Below are positions 40,700-55,823 of a DNA stretch of 64,000 bases, piece after piece. Under the pieces are notes generated by a model. It ran no database searches. It saw only the letters and a program-made list of their open reading frames with translations, and had not been told where the DNA came from. The translations under genes were made by a program, and so were the position numbers. The stretch covers positions 806,001 through 870,000 of the forward strand of contig CM022669.1 in NCBI GenBank assembly GCA_012295275.1, given 5' to 3'. The DNA is from Chrysomallon squamiferum. Lineage: Eukaryota > Animalia > Mollusca. Each line of letters begins with the position of its first letter. Within the stretch, counting starts at the first letter, position 1.

Positions 40700-42939
40700 A
40701 GAAAGAAAAACTAAAGAAAGAGAAAAAAATACAAATGAATTGACATTGCAGATTCTATCTCTTATTTTACTTCCTTTTATTTTTTCTAAAACAGACTCAA
40801 ATAACACTTCTTACTTTCTAAGTTATTTGGTTTACAAAACCAAACAAAACAGCCTCTGTTAATCCAAACACAGAATGTTTTTCTCACGAGATGAAACTGT
40901 TATTCATATCACAGTCGCCAGTGATACTTGAACTTCTGAACACAGAAGATAATAAATTTAACATCTTAATATCGATCATCATGTTTTGTATTGAAATGAC
41001 AGTGTTGAGATTTTAATTAGGTTTTATAAGATTATTTCAAGTTAATATCTGCTAACAAGTCTTGTTTCTGTAAGTCTCGTGTAATTTACGCCTTGTGAAC
41101 ACTGCAAATTAACTGTGTTCATTTTTAAAATCATCATTGCAGTCTGCTTTTACAAGCCATACCTTTTCGTCGTATTTTCTTATTTCATACGATAAATACT
41201 GCTGCTGCTACTACTACTACTACTACTACTACAACTACTGCTACTACTATTGCTACAGCAGCAACAAAAATAATTACTACTACTATTATTATATAAACAA
41301 GAACAGTCCATATAACTGAAAAGCATTTTTGATTTTGTCATCAATTTAAAACAGAACAAGACAAAAATGAAACTGTTTTATTAGAAATTATATGTACAGT
41401 ATTCACAACTTTGTACATAGAAATATTAAAAAACATCAAACAAAACTGAATACGTATGTGTGTGAAAGTATATATATGCATGGGTGAGAATATACATATT
41501 GTGTGTGTGTGTTTATAGGTTGTTAAATGTGTGTGTGTGTGGGTGTGTTATCTACGTGAGGGGTTGATGTCTGGATGTGTCCTGTGACTGGGCTTCAGTT
41601 CTTTAACACTTAAAAGTCGTAAATTTCACCTTTTCTAACTTACCAATGATTAACAAAATACATTAAGTGAAAGAAGTAAATATATTTAAATCTATAAACA
41701 ATAGTGCGTACAGATATATATAATAAAATTAATAATAATAAAAAATAAGAAGAAACATAAATAAATAAATAATGATGATGATGATGATGATGATGATAAT
41801 AATAATAATACAAACTATGTTACAAAATAGATTATTAATTATTGTCTTGTTCTAAGATTGCAGTTTAGAAGACAGATATTTTAACTGTAAGAAATTATAT
41901 ACAATATTTTGTATGAATGCTAGTAAAACCTCATTGACTTAAATAAAAATTAATATACAAATGAAATCTCATTTACATAAAAATTTGTAATTAATTAAAC
42001 ATTTCAGACAATTATTTTATTACTAAACCTATGTCTGTACACTTTAACAAGCTGAATTAATTTAAATCACTCAGTTATTTAAATCTTATTTGTGTCAATG
42101 ACACACGTTTGAGCAGGACTGTACAGTTAAGCTGAAAACATTTTTTATGTTAATATAATTTTGACAGACAATGACAAAAATATTGACAAAAAACATAGAA
42201 TGAAAATGTCGCAAGAATATTTCAGCTTCCATCTTGCATGGACAAAAGACGTAACATTCAGAAACGTTAGACTAGAACGGGAAATCCTGTGAAATGTACT
42301 GGGCACCGAAGTGAGGATTTGAGTTTATATGTGAGTTTTTAATTCAAGTGTTAACATCACTTCTTCCTTCACTTTGCTATGCGACTTTGTTACTGACTGC
42401 TGTTTACTTATTAACCAGTCGTATTCGTTTCATCTTTAATTCAATTCAAACACGTATGTGAATCAGGGTAACCTCGACTGACTGTCTTCGTTGTCTTTGT
42501 ACGGACTTTGTGTTTCTCGAAAGACAGTGGCCATGTTTAGCAGTTAGTGTTTGATTTCTTGTTCTACAAACGTTATACCCTTTTCCTGGACAGACACGAT
42601 TCGGTATAAAATAGCGCAGTTGTATGTTAGTAATTCTGTCTGGATATTTGATTTAAACCAGTAACATCATCTACACGAATTTCTTACCAGTAACAAACTT
42701 AACAGTGATAATTTAGTTATAATTGTGCCAGTGCCATAGCATCATAGCAAAATAAAATAATCAACTGTTCTCTGCAAAACAGTGGTAACAAACTGACTTA
42801 ACAAATCACATGACTTCACTGATACCAACGTATAGCGTTATTCCATCTCACGTCATATTCCTATGTTAAATATCTAGTCTGTGTGAAACGATTTCATATA
42901 GCATAAATAATATTCACTCGTGTCATATTTCTAATCCAT

Positions 42940-43130
42940 TTACCCGATACCATATAACATAGTTCACCTCATTTATATTATAATTTGATAACATAGTTCA
43001 CCTCATTTATACTATAATTATATAACATAGTTCACCTCATTTACCCGATACCATATAACATAGTTCACTTCATTTATATTATAATTTTTAACTCAATTCA
43101 TTTAATTTATAATTTTGTAATACAGTTCAT
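42940..43130. repeat. Degenerate ~35-bp repeat (ATAACATAGTTCACCTCATTTA)
   Basis: At least four recognisable copies. Confidence 0.7.
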
Positions 43131-46100
43131 GTGAGGTTTCATACATAATAGCTGACATCACGTCACAGCATATAACACAATTCTCATTGCGTCATACCGT
43201 ATAAAGTAGTTCACATTACATCATACGTATACTACTAATATTACGTAGTTCAGATTATATCATACAGGGTAGTTACCGTGGCTACAAGTAGATCTCACTT
43301 AGCATTAATTATTTCAGTAACCTCAAAGAACTGAACGCCTAAGTTAAAACCTGTGTGTAGCCACTGTGAGGTTAGAGCCTAACACTTGTTAGTCTAGTTA
43401 AAAACCTGTATGTCACCACTGGGAGGTTAGAACCTCACACTTGTTAGTCTAGTTAAACACCTCTCATGTAGCCTCTGCGCTCTTCTGTGACTGTAAACAA
43501 CCAGCGTTCTCGTTTCAGTGTTTGTAAACACACAAATATCTTTGTTGTTTGTATTTGTCTTCAGAATATCCAGTGTTTTCGTCTGACTAGAACAATCATG
43601 TAGTAGAAATATTATCTACGGTAGATAAAACAAATATGAACAGATTTTAATAAGATATCTGGTTATATTTGATTTGTCTTTGTATGTTGCTGTTATCAGC
43701 GTTGTTATTTTAGTTTTGTTTCTTTTATCTCTATCACAAAATGTATTTTCTAGCAATTCAACATTTTAGGAATAAGACGAAAAAAAGAAAGAAATGAGAA
43801 ACACAGATAGATTAGCAGACAGACAAACAAATACGCTTAGATGGGTGAATGGATAGACAGACAGTTACAAATAACGAATGAATGAATTAGAAATTTAAAA
43901 AGTTAAAAAAAGAAGAGTCACTGAAGGTTAAGCAAAAGCAAAATCATTTGTCAAAATATTTGGTTTCAAAAATATAGAACTGTAGAGTTCGTCTTTATAA
44001 CAGACACAGAATTACATGTTATTTAAAAACAAAATAGATAAATTAAAATCATTTGATCATGAGCAATTGTGCGAGCCGAACGCCTGATGTAGTTTCTGGT
44101 TTCCCTGCTGCTAAAATTTACAAAAGAATTATTTTATCGAATTATTTCCTTTTGCAAATTGATGTTTTTCTCTGCTCGAAAACGAGATTGTTTTCTCTCA
44201 GTAATTTTTGTCATTGTTGAATAGACAGGAAGTGAATTGTTACGTCACTGTGGCTATGATATCATCTGGACTTTCGGCGCATGTGATAGTGATTTCCTCC
44301 ATATTTACAAAAGCACTTGTTTCAGCTAGCAGGAAACGCGTCATACATCAATGGACGCCCTGTGACTGCCCCCGTGTAAGTAGAAAGCTCGGCTCGTGTC
44401 AATTTTTCTGAAAACAGAAAACAGTCAATGAACTCAGCGTAGTGACGTGAACAGCAAATTATTATTATTATGTTTTTTTTTTATTAATTATGTTTGTTGT
44501 AATTATTAATTTGCGAGCCAAATTGTATCTTTCTTATTCTTTCTTACACATACGCCAAACACATCAAAATCTAATAATATTTTTGTTCTTCTTCTTTTAA
44601 TTACTATTACCTACTTTACATTTTCTTTTTATTTTCTTTATTTATTTACTTATTTATTTAATGTTATTTTTTATTATTATAATTATATACTCACATTTAG
44701 TATCTAAACACACTGTGTAGTGTATAATGTGAATATGTGTCTGCGGTTTCTGTGAAATTAAGTTCAGATATATATACATCCAGCTGTTCGCAACATTATG
44801 GGTAGATTTGTCAGACTATTAATATGTTGCTAATGCACAAAATTAATATATCTATCTTTCTATTTATCTATCTGTCTGTCTATCTATATATCTATCTATA
44901 TATCTGTCTATTTATCTATATATCTATTTATCTATCTATCTATGTGTGTGTGTATGTTTTTGTGTGTGTAGTATATATTTTTCTATCGCTATGTGATTAT
45001 CTGTCTATATTTATATTTCTTTTTTTTCTGTTGGTCATAGTATCTATCCGTCTACGAATCTAAACTAACATATTATTTCTGATTTTAACAAAGTGATCTC
45101 ATTATCAGTCGTCAGTGTTTAATCTGTGAAGATCTGTTTTTATCTAACGTTTCTTCACGAATATGCTGCTACTCAAACAAACCACTCAACACTGACAATG
45201 CTGACGGCCACAACAGGATGATGATGATGGAAATGAAGACCGAGATTTCGATGACGACGATGGTATTGAGGAATTTAATGGCGATTGTGATGTGATGATG
45301 AAGTTGATGTGAATAATGATATTAACGGTTATCATCGTAATAAAACATACTGACGTAATGATAGCTATGAAGCAGAAATTGTAGCTAACTGAATATTCAT
45401 AGCTGTGGCGCGTGAATTAAACTATATAATGTATGTTCCTGTAATTAGAGATTCGAGTAAAGAAAAAATAAATTCTGGAATAAATGCTAATGTATATTTT
45501 CTAGAACATCCAGAACCAAGTGAATAACTCTACATAATAAGATAATAAAATAAATATGACAGCGTAGAAATACTGCAGTGAAGAACTAAACTAAATTAGT
45601 GCCTTCTGAATAAAACAAAATTTCTATAGCAATCATTAATATCTTACTAGTATATAAACTATGAAATATATTAAAATTTCATATCTACGACGGTTGAGGG
45701 CTAAGCTATAATTATGAATAGATAGTTGTAAATAGCATCTATATTAAGTATAAATACACAGAATTATATGTTGTTAATACTGGTACATGTCAGATACAAC
45801 AAACCTGGGCTGTGAAGTTAATTGGGTAAAAGAAGGAATTCGTCCATGTAAAACATTACTGGAAAAAGAACGTGTGTTACAGTTTAAATTATTTACAGTT
45901 CTTTATACTCTTCTATTATTTAGTTATTCGAAGAAAACCAAAAAGAAAAAGAAAATAATAAATATAAACAAACAAATATATACATACATAAACCTATTTC
46001 ACTGTGTTCTGCAACTGTAAATGTCGTTGGTATATAATTATAGATATCGAGAATTATATAAATATATATAGATAATTATAGATATACATAATTACTTACA

Positions 46101-46229
46101 ATAAATAAATAAATAAACTAGATTCAGCAATTCTGTCAGCTGAATAGTAATTATCTTTTTAGTGAATAATTAGATAAAATTCTATACCTTTATAAATAAA
46201 ACGTGGCAAATGATTCACTTGAATTTAGG

Positions 46230-46352
<123 letters not shown>

Positions 46353-46743
46353 CGTCCCTCCCTCTCCCTCTCTCTCTCCCATAGCCTATATTGATATGCA
46401 GAAATGCAGTGGAAGGTTATAAGTAAATAATAGTCAAAAACAAAAAACATTCTATACCTATGCACAGAATAAGCATAAGCATGTGTAGCTGAAATATAAT
46501 TATGCTATATAAGACAGACAAATGTACTGATAAATGATATTTACACACAGAACATACAGAATAATGCTAAACTAGAAAACTAACTAGTAAAATGAAAACA
46601 ATTTTCTGAATTATATCACAAGAACTTACACAAATGACTAAGTTAAAAACAACTTTCTGCATTTATACTAAATTTATATTCTATTATTCATCTCCGTTAT
46701 TAAGAAATCGAAATAGTGCTATTTACATCTGGCTTTTCATATT

Positions 46744-46862
<119 letters not shown>

Positions 46863-47021
46863 CTCTGACTACACAGACACTAAAGAAGCTGTAGTAAGGA
46901 ACAGAAGGAAAAAGAAAATAACACTTGGTGCACAGGGTGAATACACAAAGTAAATGCGCATGCGTGCTATAGTGCACATACCTTTGCAAGTGGTGCTATT
47001 GGCGAAAGCAGAAGTGCAAGT

Positions 47022-49623
47022 CTAAATAGAGGGGTAAATAAAGCGAGACGGGATTCCTAACCTCCGTTTATGGATGACAGTGATCGCGATCGCAAACACG
47101 ATGATCGAGGGGATCCCTATCACCAGAGCGGCCACTATTGGCCAGAAGGTGTCGTCTCCCTCTGCGTCACTTCCGGCCGACATGCTCATTTTCTGTGTGC
47201 TCTTGACAGCCAGCAGAGATTCTGTAGTTCCCACAATGATCGTCTCCGTAGATGTCGTTTCACTGGCAGTCTGAGCCAATGTATGCGACGTTGTTTCTTC
47301 TTTGTCAGTGATATGTCGTTCAGACGTTGACTCTGACGAACTTTTCACGGATTGTTGAGTTTTAGCGTAAAACGGAATCGTTGTTTCGTTGTCTGCGCTC
47401 AAAGACGTCGTGTCGACACTAACAAGCGATGAAGTTGCTGTCGGTTCAAGATTTCCTGTGTCGGTAGTTGCTGTTTCTACACTTCTGTCTGACAGGCTTT
47501 CCGAGCTGCTGAAAGGTGGAGTTGATTTTGTAGTCGATGCCGTTGTAGAAGCGTCTCGTGTTTCTGACGTGATGCTGACATCATGCTGAACGGTGTTGTT
47601 ATCCACTAACACGTCGTTGTAATTGTAGTTGAAGTTGTTTGATGAGATATTTGTCACGCTGTCGGTTTTATCATTTACTGAAGTTGAAAGTTCTAATTCA
47701 GCAACTGTAGCCACAGTCCCGGTTTGTTCGTCTGTTTTTGTGAAAGTTTTAGATTGCGGAGTATTTTTATTGGTTTCCTGATGTTTACCATCAGATTCCG
47801 TTGAATTCGTTTTATTCAGTAATTCTGGTGACTCTTTAACAGCAGCTACAATCAAACTCGAATTAAATTTTTCACTTGGTAAAAACGGTGATTCTTTTAA
47901 TTCCACTGAATTTGAGCTTTCCGAATCTGCATTTAACGAAACTTGACTAACTGTCGATTTATCAGTAGTTGTTGAAGCTAAGTCTAACGACGTTGCTGAT
48001 GTTGAAGTCTGGGTGTCAGCTAAGGTTTTAGAAATTCTTTCCTTTGCTTGCCGAAGTGTTTTCAAAGTCAAATCTTCTGACTTGTAATGTTCACCGTCTA
48101 CATCAGAGTGTTTCGAAATGGCATCTCTATTGGTGCTCGCTGCTGTAGTTGTCGTTGAAACTGTTTGAAGTGTTGTGTTTGCGGCATCCTCCTCGAGTCT
48201 GGAATCAGTATCATTTACGTCTACATTCGATTCTTTCTCTTCTCCAGTTAGATCAGCTTGTCTGAGGTTTAATTCAGGTAAAGTATCACTGGTGTTTGGT
48301 GAGAGAAAGTTCGTCGTCTCCAGTGCGTGTTTTGACAGACCTTCAGCCATTACTTCATTTCCTGATACGTCCACCTTCTGCGTGCTGAGTTCCTGCGTTA
48401 ACATGGATCTTTCTCTCAGAACACGCGGTCGAAGCAGCGACTTGATTTTCTCTTTGGCTTCAATTTTCAGTGACTTTTCATCTAAAAGTTTTGACTTTGT
48501 TTTCTTTGAAAGTTTTGGGAGCTTACTGTTGTGTTTCACTCTGCCAGCTCTTCCTTCCACGACTCCACGTCGAATATCCCCAATTTTCAAAGTCTCTCCA
48601 ATTCTGTCCTCATCTGAGAAAACTGACGCCACAAATTCTGAATCACTGCTTTCATTTCCTTCATCACTTTCACCTGCTGCTTTAGAAACCCGTTTAACAT
48701 GTTTATTTATCAACATCTTCTCTTTGTTCCGCTGTTTTAAAGACGCCATAAATCTCTTGTAGAAGGTAGACACCTCGGGAGAGGTCGACTTTAACGTTTT
48801 CAACAACCTCGGCTGCACAACGTCGTCCATCATTTCCTCTAACGGCGTGTCGTCGACAACTGCCTCAACTTCAACAACAGCTTCGCTGTTAGCAGCACTT
48901 CGCAGTTGTCCCATCGGGGTGAGGCCTCGCCGATCTGTGGACGAGTCTCTCTGCGGCAGACCTGACTTCACTGTTGACGTGTGTCCACCAGAGTCAGTTA
49001 AATGTTTAAAATGTTCTATACCAGAACTTACAGACTGTTTGTTGTTTTCTTCAAGTATATCTTTGTTGGTGTCCTTAAAAGTTTTATCAGTTGTTGCCCT
49101 TAATCCGGGAAAAAATGAAAATGTAAACCCAGGTGTCTTACTAATATTCTGTGCCTTTTCCAAAACGGAGGATGATTTTTTACTCGAAATGTTTATAGAT
49201 TCTGATAATGATGAAGATATGTTATTGGTAGACTGCTGAACTGTAGAAATGGCTTTTTGTTGTTTTTCTGGTTTAACTAAAACCTCTGAAATTTTAAAAA
49301 GCTGTGGACTTTTTATTAAGCTCAGTTTAGAATAGTCATCCTTCAGGACCGGTCTGTTTGTGGGAGAAGATTCTGAGAATCTGTTTCTGAGAAAATCTTC
49401 CAAATCCGCGTCTCCTGACGACTCGAACTCGTCTGCGTGCAGCGACGTCGCACCAAACACGACCGAGTCGAGGTAGTCGCGTGACGTCGTCGTGTCGCCG
49501 CCACCTGGTGGTTCACTCACAGACGTCGTTGTCCTTCCATCACGTCGTGGTCTGTCTAGAACATCAGCAGATTTCTCTCTGTCTGGAGACGTGATACACG
49601 TTCTGTGAAACGCTGTTTGAAGT
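47022..49623 (-). CDS. Terminal exon of an uncharacterised single-pass membrane protein with a Ser/Thr-rich mucin-like stalk
   Basis: 2.6-kb non-repetitive ORF; TTTCGCAG acceptor; transmembrane segment FWPIVAALVIGIPSIIVFAIAITVI followed by HKRR and a short tail ending YPSI. Confidence 0.88.
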
Positions 49624-50284
49624 CTGCGAAATATGAAAACATTAAAATGAATTTTTGTTGAATATAATAACAATAAATTGAATGTAGAAACCCTTATAAT
49701 TTATTTTTAATTTAAAACTGAACTAAGAGTGGTTAGATTCTTAGGCTAACATGATTCACTCAGAGGATCATTTCACTACTGGATTATCGTGAATTTTACT
49801 TAAAATAGCAAATTTTGATGTCACTTATTTTCTAAGATATTTATGCTTTGAAGGTAATATTTGATATTGAGTGATTTGACATGTTGTGAAGTCAGATAAA
49901 GAACGGTGTCTGTTAAACCTTTCTCCTACTACAGATGTGTGTTACTGTCACATTACCACGAGGAAAAAGTCTTTGATAAGTCAAATGCTGGGCGTGTAAC
50001 TATTAAAGATATTCCTACTTTAACTGCAGAAGTGTAAGACGCGAACAAAGTGAGAACTGGAGAAATGAAGAGATTGTTTTTCACATCAGTAGATGTCTTT
50101 CACACTGAGTCAGCTGGTATTAATAAACGAATCTGAATCAGTGAATTAGTGTCTAACATCAAATACATTTTTTAACATATGTTAATACTGTTTGTTCAGT
50201 CTGTTTATAGTTTGCTGACCCAGTTTGTTTTATTGCTGACATATACTGATCAGAAAACTGTCAGACGTGATCGTATGCTGTTAC

Positions 50285-50433
50285 CGTGTCTGATGTTGTC
50301 TTCCTACGGCCTCCACGTCTGTGACGACGTCTGACGTGGAGTGGAAAGTGGCGCGAAGAGGAAACGTGTCGAGGACTTCAAACTGGTCACCGCGTCTGCC
50401 TAGCAACGTCACCTCTACAGTCACAACAGCATG
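50285..50433 (-). CDS. Upstream exon of the membrane protein gene (HAVVTVEV...HQTR)
   Basis: GTTCAG acceptor; CG|GTAA donor; phase 2 matches the terminal exon. Confidence 0.78.
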
Positions 50434-50722
50434 CTGAACAACACAAACACAACAACATCGAAAATTAAAAACATGTCTTAATTCATTTTTTGTATCTGAA
50501 ATTATTTTTATTATCATCATGCTTCTCCTCCTTATCATTTATTATTATATTGTTTAATCAGAAAATAAACAATTATTCGCGAATCGTTACTAAGACATTT
50601 TAATTTGTTTTAATTATAAACATTTCAGTACATTTGTTATCTCCCTTTGTGTTCCAGATGTATGAGAAAAGCCTAATCGATTTAAACGTGTTCTTGTTTA
50701 AATCAACTATCCTCAAAATAAT

Positions 50723-50805
<83 letters not shown>

Positions 50806-50972
50806 TTGTGTGTGTGTATACATACTTGTGTCAAATTTAGTTTTGTATTACTTTGTATGCAACAAAATCAATACTTAGTTATCTCCCGTTAGAAACTCTT
50901 TACAACAGAAAAACAAATATAGATACAATAACTAATTATCATTTAATGGTAAGCATAATTATTATTGTTTAC

Positions 50973-51078
50973 CTTTTCCTTATCAGTTGTCATGGAAATA
51001 TGCAGTTCCTTAGTTAGTGGTTGTTTCTTGTTGCAGACGTCAATGTTGATGATACTGGAAGACTTTGAACAATTTAAT
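50973..51078 (-). CDS. Upstream exon of the membrane protein gene (LNCSKSS...DKEK)
   Basis: AAG|GTAAAC donor; phase 0 matches the next exon; T-rich acceptor. Confidence 0.65.
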
Positions 51079-51644
51079 CTTTGACAAAAGAAAAAAAATA
51101 CACCGTAGTAAGATAAACTATAATTTTCTTTTAATATAGTAAAACAAACTGTACATTTTTGCAGTTGTTGTTTAATAGTAAATAGATATATATAAAAAAA
51201 AAAAAAAAACAATTGAAGAAAAATAGAAACCAATAAAGAATTAGTAAATAACTTACACAGAAACACACACACCTACAGAAATAAATAAATATTTTTAATA
51301 ATATGAAGTTAAAATAAATTAATTTAGATATAAAAGTCACTCAGTCTTGAAAAAAGTGTGACGTAAATTCCAACTCAAATTTGCCGTTATGATTAAATAA
51401 ATAAATAAATAAATAAGTAAGTAATGTTTTTATGTCAGATAATTAAAGATCAATATTTTCTGCTTGTTATTTGTCTACTAAGAAATATTAGAAATAAACG
51501 TTGCAAAACCAAATAATAAGTAAAGTGTTAATAAGAAAACTATATTTAAATTTTGAACTGTTCCAAGTAAGAAACAAAGTGTAATAGCAAACTAGATTAT
51601 CTAAACATTTGTTTACATTACTACATATTTCTTTTACTAATTTC

Positions 51645-51720
<76 letters not shown>

Positions 51721-51906
51721 GTTGTTGTTGGGTTTTTTGTTGTTGTTTCTGTTTCTGTTCTTATTTGTCTTTTTTCTTTCTTTCTTTTTTCTTTTTTTTT
51801 TTTTTTTAAAAAGCAACGTTATGAAACATTTGATTTCTTTGAAGAAAAGTCCTGACAGACTGAGTTGATGAGTTTAAAAATAATAATGATGATGATGATG
51901 ATGATG

Positions 51907-51954
<48 letters not shown>

Positions 51955-52750
51955 TTTGACATACGAAATGACGTCACTAACTGAAATTTATCAACCATTC
52001 ATGTATGAACGATTTTTGCTAAAACAGAAATCAGATATGTTTAAACAAATAAAGCAATCATTAGAAAGAGATGCCAAAAAAACAAAAATAATAATAAAAA
52101 ATAATAATAAATAAATAAAATTTTAAAAAAAAGAATAATAAATAAATAAATAAATAAAAACAAATTTGAAAACGTGATTAATATTAGAACACTATAACAT
52201 ATGTTTGTAAGCTAAATAACATCAATATCTACAACAACAACAACATTAATTAACTAACCATGAATTAATTTAATTATTTTAAATACATTAAGAATTATTA
52301 GCAACCAGTTATTTTCTAAATGTATTGTAACACGTGTATTTCAGTTTCATCGTCATTTTGTGGAATTCTGACCAAGGACACGACTGAAGATTAAATAAAT
52401 TTAATTTCCATTTTTAATTTCGTTTTTAACTTGGAGAACATATTTACATTGACTGGCTGACAGTCTAAATACAGGAAAAACGAGGTTGACACCGACGTGG
52501 TTAATGTGTCATGGATATGTTGCATACTTGGGCTGCACCAACAGCAATAATCGAAATTTGAGAAGTTGTCGATGTTGCACTATAAGGCTTTGATACAGGC
52601 ATATCGCCACCGTGGTAGTTGCTATTCAAATAGTTGTGTGTGATTCATGCAAAACGTTGTGATTGGCTTTCTACTGATCTTTATCAAACATCTCACTGTG
52701 AGACTATTTTGTGAGCAGAACAAGTGGATGGTCATCTCACACCCAGTCTG

Positions 52751-53283
52751 AACTACCTGTACAATAAAACTACCCGTATAATAAAACTATCTGTACAATA
52801 AAACTACCCGTACAATAAAGCTATCTGTAAAATAAAACTATCTGTAATATAAAACTACTGTACAATAAAACTACCTGTACAATAAAACTACCCGTACAAT
52901 AAAGCTATCTGTACAATAAAACTATCTGTACAATAAAGCTATCTGTAAAATAAAACTATCTGTACAATAAAACTACTGGACAATAAAACTACCTGTACAA
53001 TAAAACTACCCGTACAATAAAGCTATCTGTACAATAAAACTATCTGTACAATAAAACTACCCGTACAATAAAACTATCTGTACAATAAAACTACCCGTAC
53101 AATAAAGCTATCTGTACAATAAAACTACCCGTACAATAAAACTATCTGTACAATAAAACTACCCGTACAATAAAGCTATCTGTACAATAAAACTATCTGT
53201 ACAATAAAACTACCCGTACAATAAAACTATCTGTACAATAAAACTACCCGTACAATAAAGCTATCTGTACAATAAAACTACCT
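52751..53283. repeat. 17-bp minisatellite (CTAYCYGTACAATAAAA), ~31 copies
   Basis: 17-bp period measured at 52753, 52770 and 52787. Confidence 0.93.
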
Positions 53284-53382
53284 CTTCAGTTTAAAAATAA
53301 AGCAGTTTGTTTAACAAAAGTATTAACTTTCTATATTTTTTCTCCACCTAGATGCCAGTAATTTTCAGTTTCTACTCCACTA

Positions 53383-53930
53383 CATCAGACACATCACCTT
53401 CTACAGACTGTCTTCGAGACTAAATCAGACACATCACCCTCTACAGACTGTCTCAGAAACTAAATCAGACACATCACCCTCTGCAGACTGTCACAGTCAC
53501 TAAATCAGACACATCACCCTCTGCAGACTGTCACAGACATTAAATCAGACACATCACCCTCTGCAGACTGTCTCAGACACTAAATGAGACACGTCACCCT
53601 CTGCAGACTGTCTCAGACACTAAATCAGACATCAAACTCCTCAGACACTAAATCAGACACGTCACCCTCTGCAGACTGTCTCAGACACTAAATCAGAGAC
53701 ATCACCCTATGCAGACCGTCACGCAAACACTAAATCAGAGACATCACCCTATGCAGACCGTCACGCAAACACTAAATCAGACACGTCACCCTCTGCAGAC
53801 TGTCACGCATACATTAAATCAGACACGTCACCCTCTGCAGACTGTCTCAGACACTAAATCAGAGACATCACCCTCTGCAGACCGTCACAGACACTAAATC
53901 AGACACATCACCCTCTGCAGACTGTCTCAG
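53383..53930. repeat. 40-bp minisatellite (TAAATCAGACACATCACCCTCTGCAGACTGTCTCAGACAC), ~13 copies
   Basis: Units at 53421, 53461, 53501, 53541, 53581 and onward. Confidence 0.93.
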
Positions 53931-54422
53931 GGACAAACACGTTTTCAAACATTCTATGTTTCATACAGTGTGAGAAACAGGAACATTCTGATTTCATACA
54001 CAACTGAATTACTAAGATTAATTTAACATGGGATTACTTTTACTTTAATTGTTTAAATCAACAAAATTCTCATCGACAGAAAATAAACCCCCAAAAAAAA
54101 TTAAAATTAAAATATATATATATATATATGAAAATTAACACTGACCAGATATATGTTTTCCATTCATTATTTTGTTTCCTTTATTCTAATTTTATTTATT
54201 TATTTATTGTTACATTTAATGGCTTCTCTTTAAATTTAAATAGTGATAATGATTATGATGATGATTATGATGATAATAACAATAATGAAATACACATCTT
54301 TCTCATGCATTAGTTCTGTGCTTGTCCAAACAAAAAGAAGATACACACGTCAAGTAGAAAAAACTAACCAAAAACCCACTGAGGACTTTTAATTGTTAGC
54401 TATTACATTGTCCGCTGTTTAC

Positions 54423-54506
54423 AGTGGTCTGTTTGAACAAGGCGTAACTAATTGGACTGAGCAACCATGTATACTTATAAAGTGACTTTGTAAAGTGATA
54501 GATTCT
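54423..54506 (-). CDS. Candidate exon of the membrane protein gene (ESITLQ...PCSNRP)
   Basis: AG acceptor, open frame, phases 2/2 fit its neighbours; weak donor. Confidence 0.3.
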
Positions 54507-54592
54507 CTGTTTTACACAGACGTACACCTTTCTTCTTTTCTTCTTCTTCTTCTTCTTCTTCTTCTTCTTCTTCTTCTGTTTGTTCTTCTTCA

Positions 54593-54651
<59 letters not shown>

Positions 54652-55179
54652 TCTTTCCCCGTTTCTTGTTAAAAATAAGTGAAATCTCTGTATGGTTTTC
54701 TTGTAATTGTTTAACGCAAGACTTGTGACTATGAGGTAAAAATGAAGTAATCTGATTGTGTGGCTCTCTTTGCTAGAAACATGTTTTATATGTTAACCCT
54801 GCCTCATTTAACTGCAAGTTTAGTTGTTTAAGTTGTTTTTAACCTTCGTTGTTATCATCATCGTCGTTGTCGTAGACGTCGTCAATGTTGTTATTGTCAT
54901 TATGCTTTCTTTTCTTTCATTTTTCAAGACATCTGAACAACCAGTTATGTAAAGTTGTCATCCTGCACTTTATTTATTTATTTATTATTTTTAATTTAAT
55001 TTATTAGCAGTTCAAAAGCAATATTAATTTCTATAAATTTAATAGAAATTACATTTCAAATAAAGATATATAATTACATATATAATTTTGCTCCAGTAAA
55101 CACATACATATATTTTATAACAAAAGAAGAAAAAAAAACTTCGAAAAGAAAAACACCTGTAAACACTACGAAAAGAAAT

Positions 55180-55490
55180 GCGCGTTCTGTTGAGATGTGA
55201 CACACACACATGTATGTATGAGAGTGCCTGCGCGTTCTGTTGAGATGTGACACGTGCACACACATGTAGCTGTATGTGAGAGTGCCTGCGCGTTCTGTTG
55301 AGATGTGACACGTGCACACACATGTAGCTGTATGTGAGAGTGCCTGCGCGTTCTGTTGAGATGTGACAAAACTGAAAACACATCGAGTTCAAGAGAGTGC
55401 CTGCGCGTTCTGTTGACATGACGTCACAAATGCGTTCTGTTGAGATGTCACAACATATTTCTGTAGGATTTGCTTCTGTTGAGATGTGAC
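55180..55490. repeat. 58-bp repeat with core GCGTTCTGTTGAGATGTGAC
   Basis: Units at 55221, 55279 and 55337, plus partial copies. Confidence 0.85.
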
Positions 55491-55698
55491 AACTGGAAAA
55501 CATCAACTTCAAGGTTTTTGTTATTATTACTACTACTACTAGTAGTAGTAGTAGTTCTCTTTGTAATTGTAGTTGTTGTTGTTTATGTTGTAGTAATAAA
55601 ATATACTAATATATTAAATAAAGCAAAAGACAAACATACATACGTATACTCACTCATACATACATATATAATTATGTAAATAAATAAATAAATATTAC

Positions 55699-55823
55699 CT
55701 GGTAGAACAGTTTACGGCGAGGTAGATGTCACGTGACTTCTGGTCACTACATATCACATTGTTGTCAATTATCTGTCCTTCTAGACCAACGACAACCAGT
55801 TCTGTTGTACACAGCGCAGCACT
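55699..55823 (-). CDS. Candidate Cys-containing exon of the membrane protein gene (SAALCTTELVV...NCSTR)
   Basis: TTTTCAG acceptor, CAG|GTAAT donor, only one frame open, phase 2 end fits downstream exons. Confidence 0.55.
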
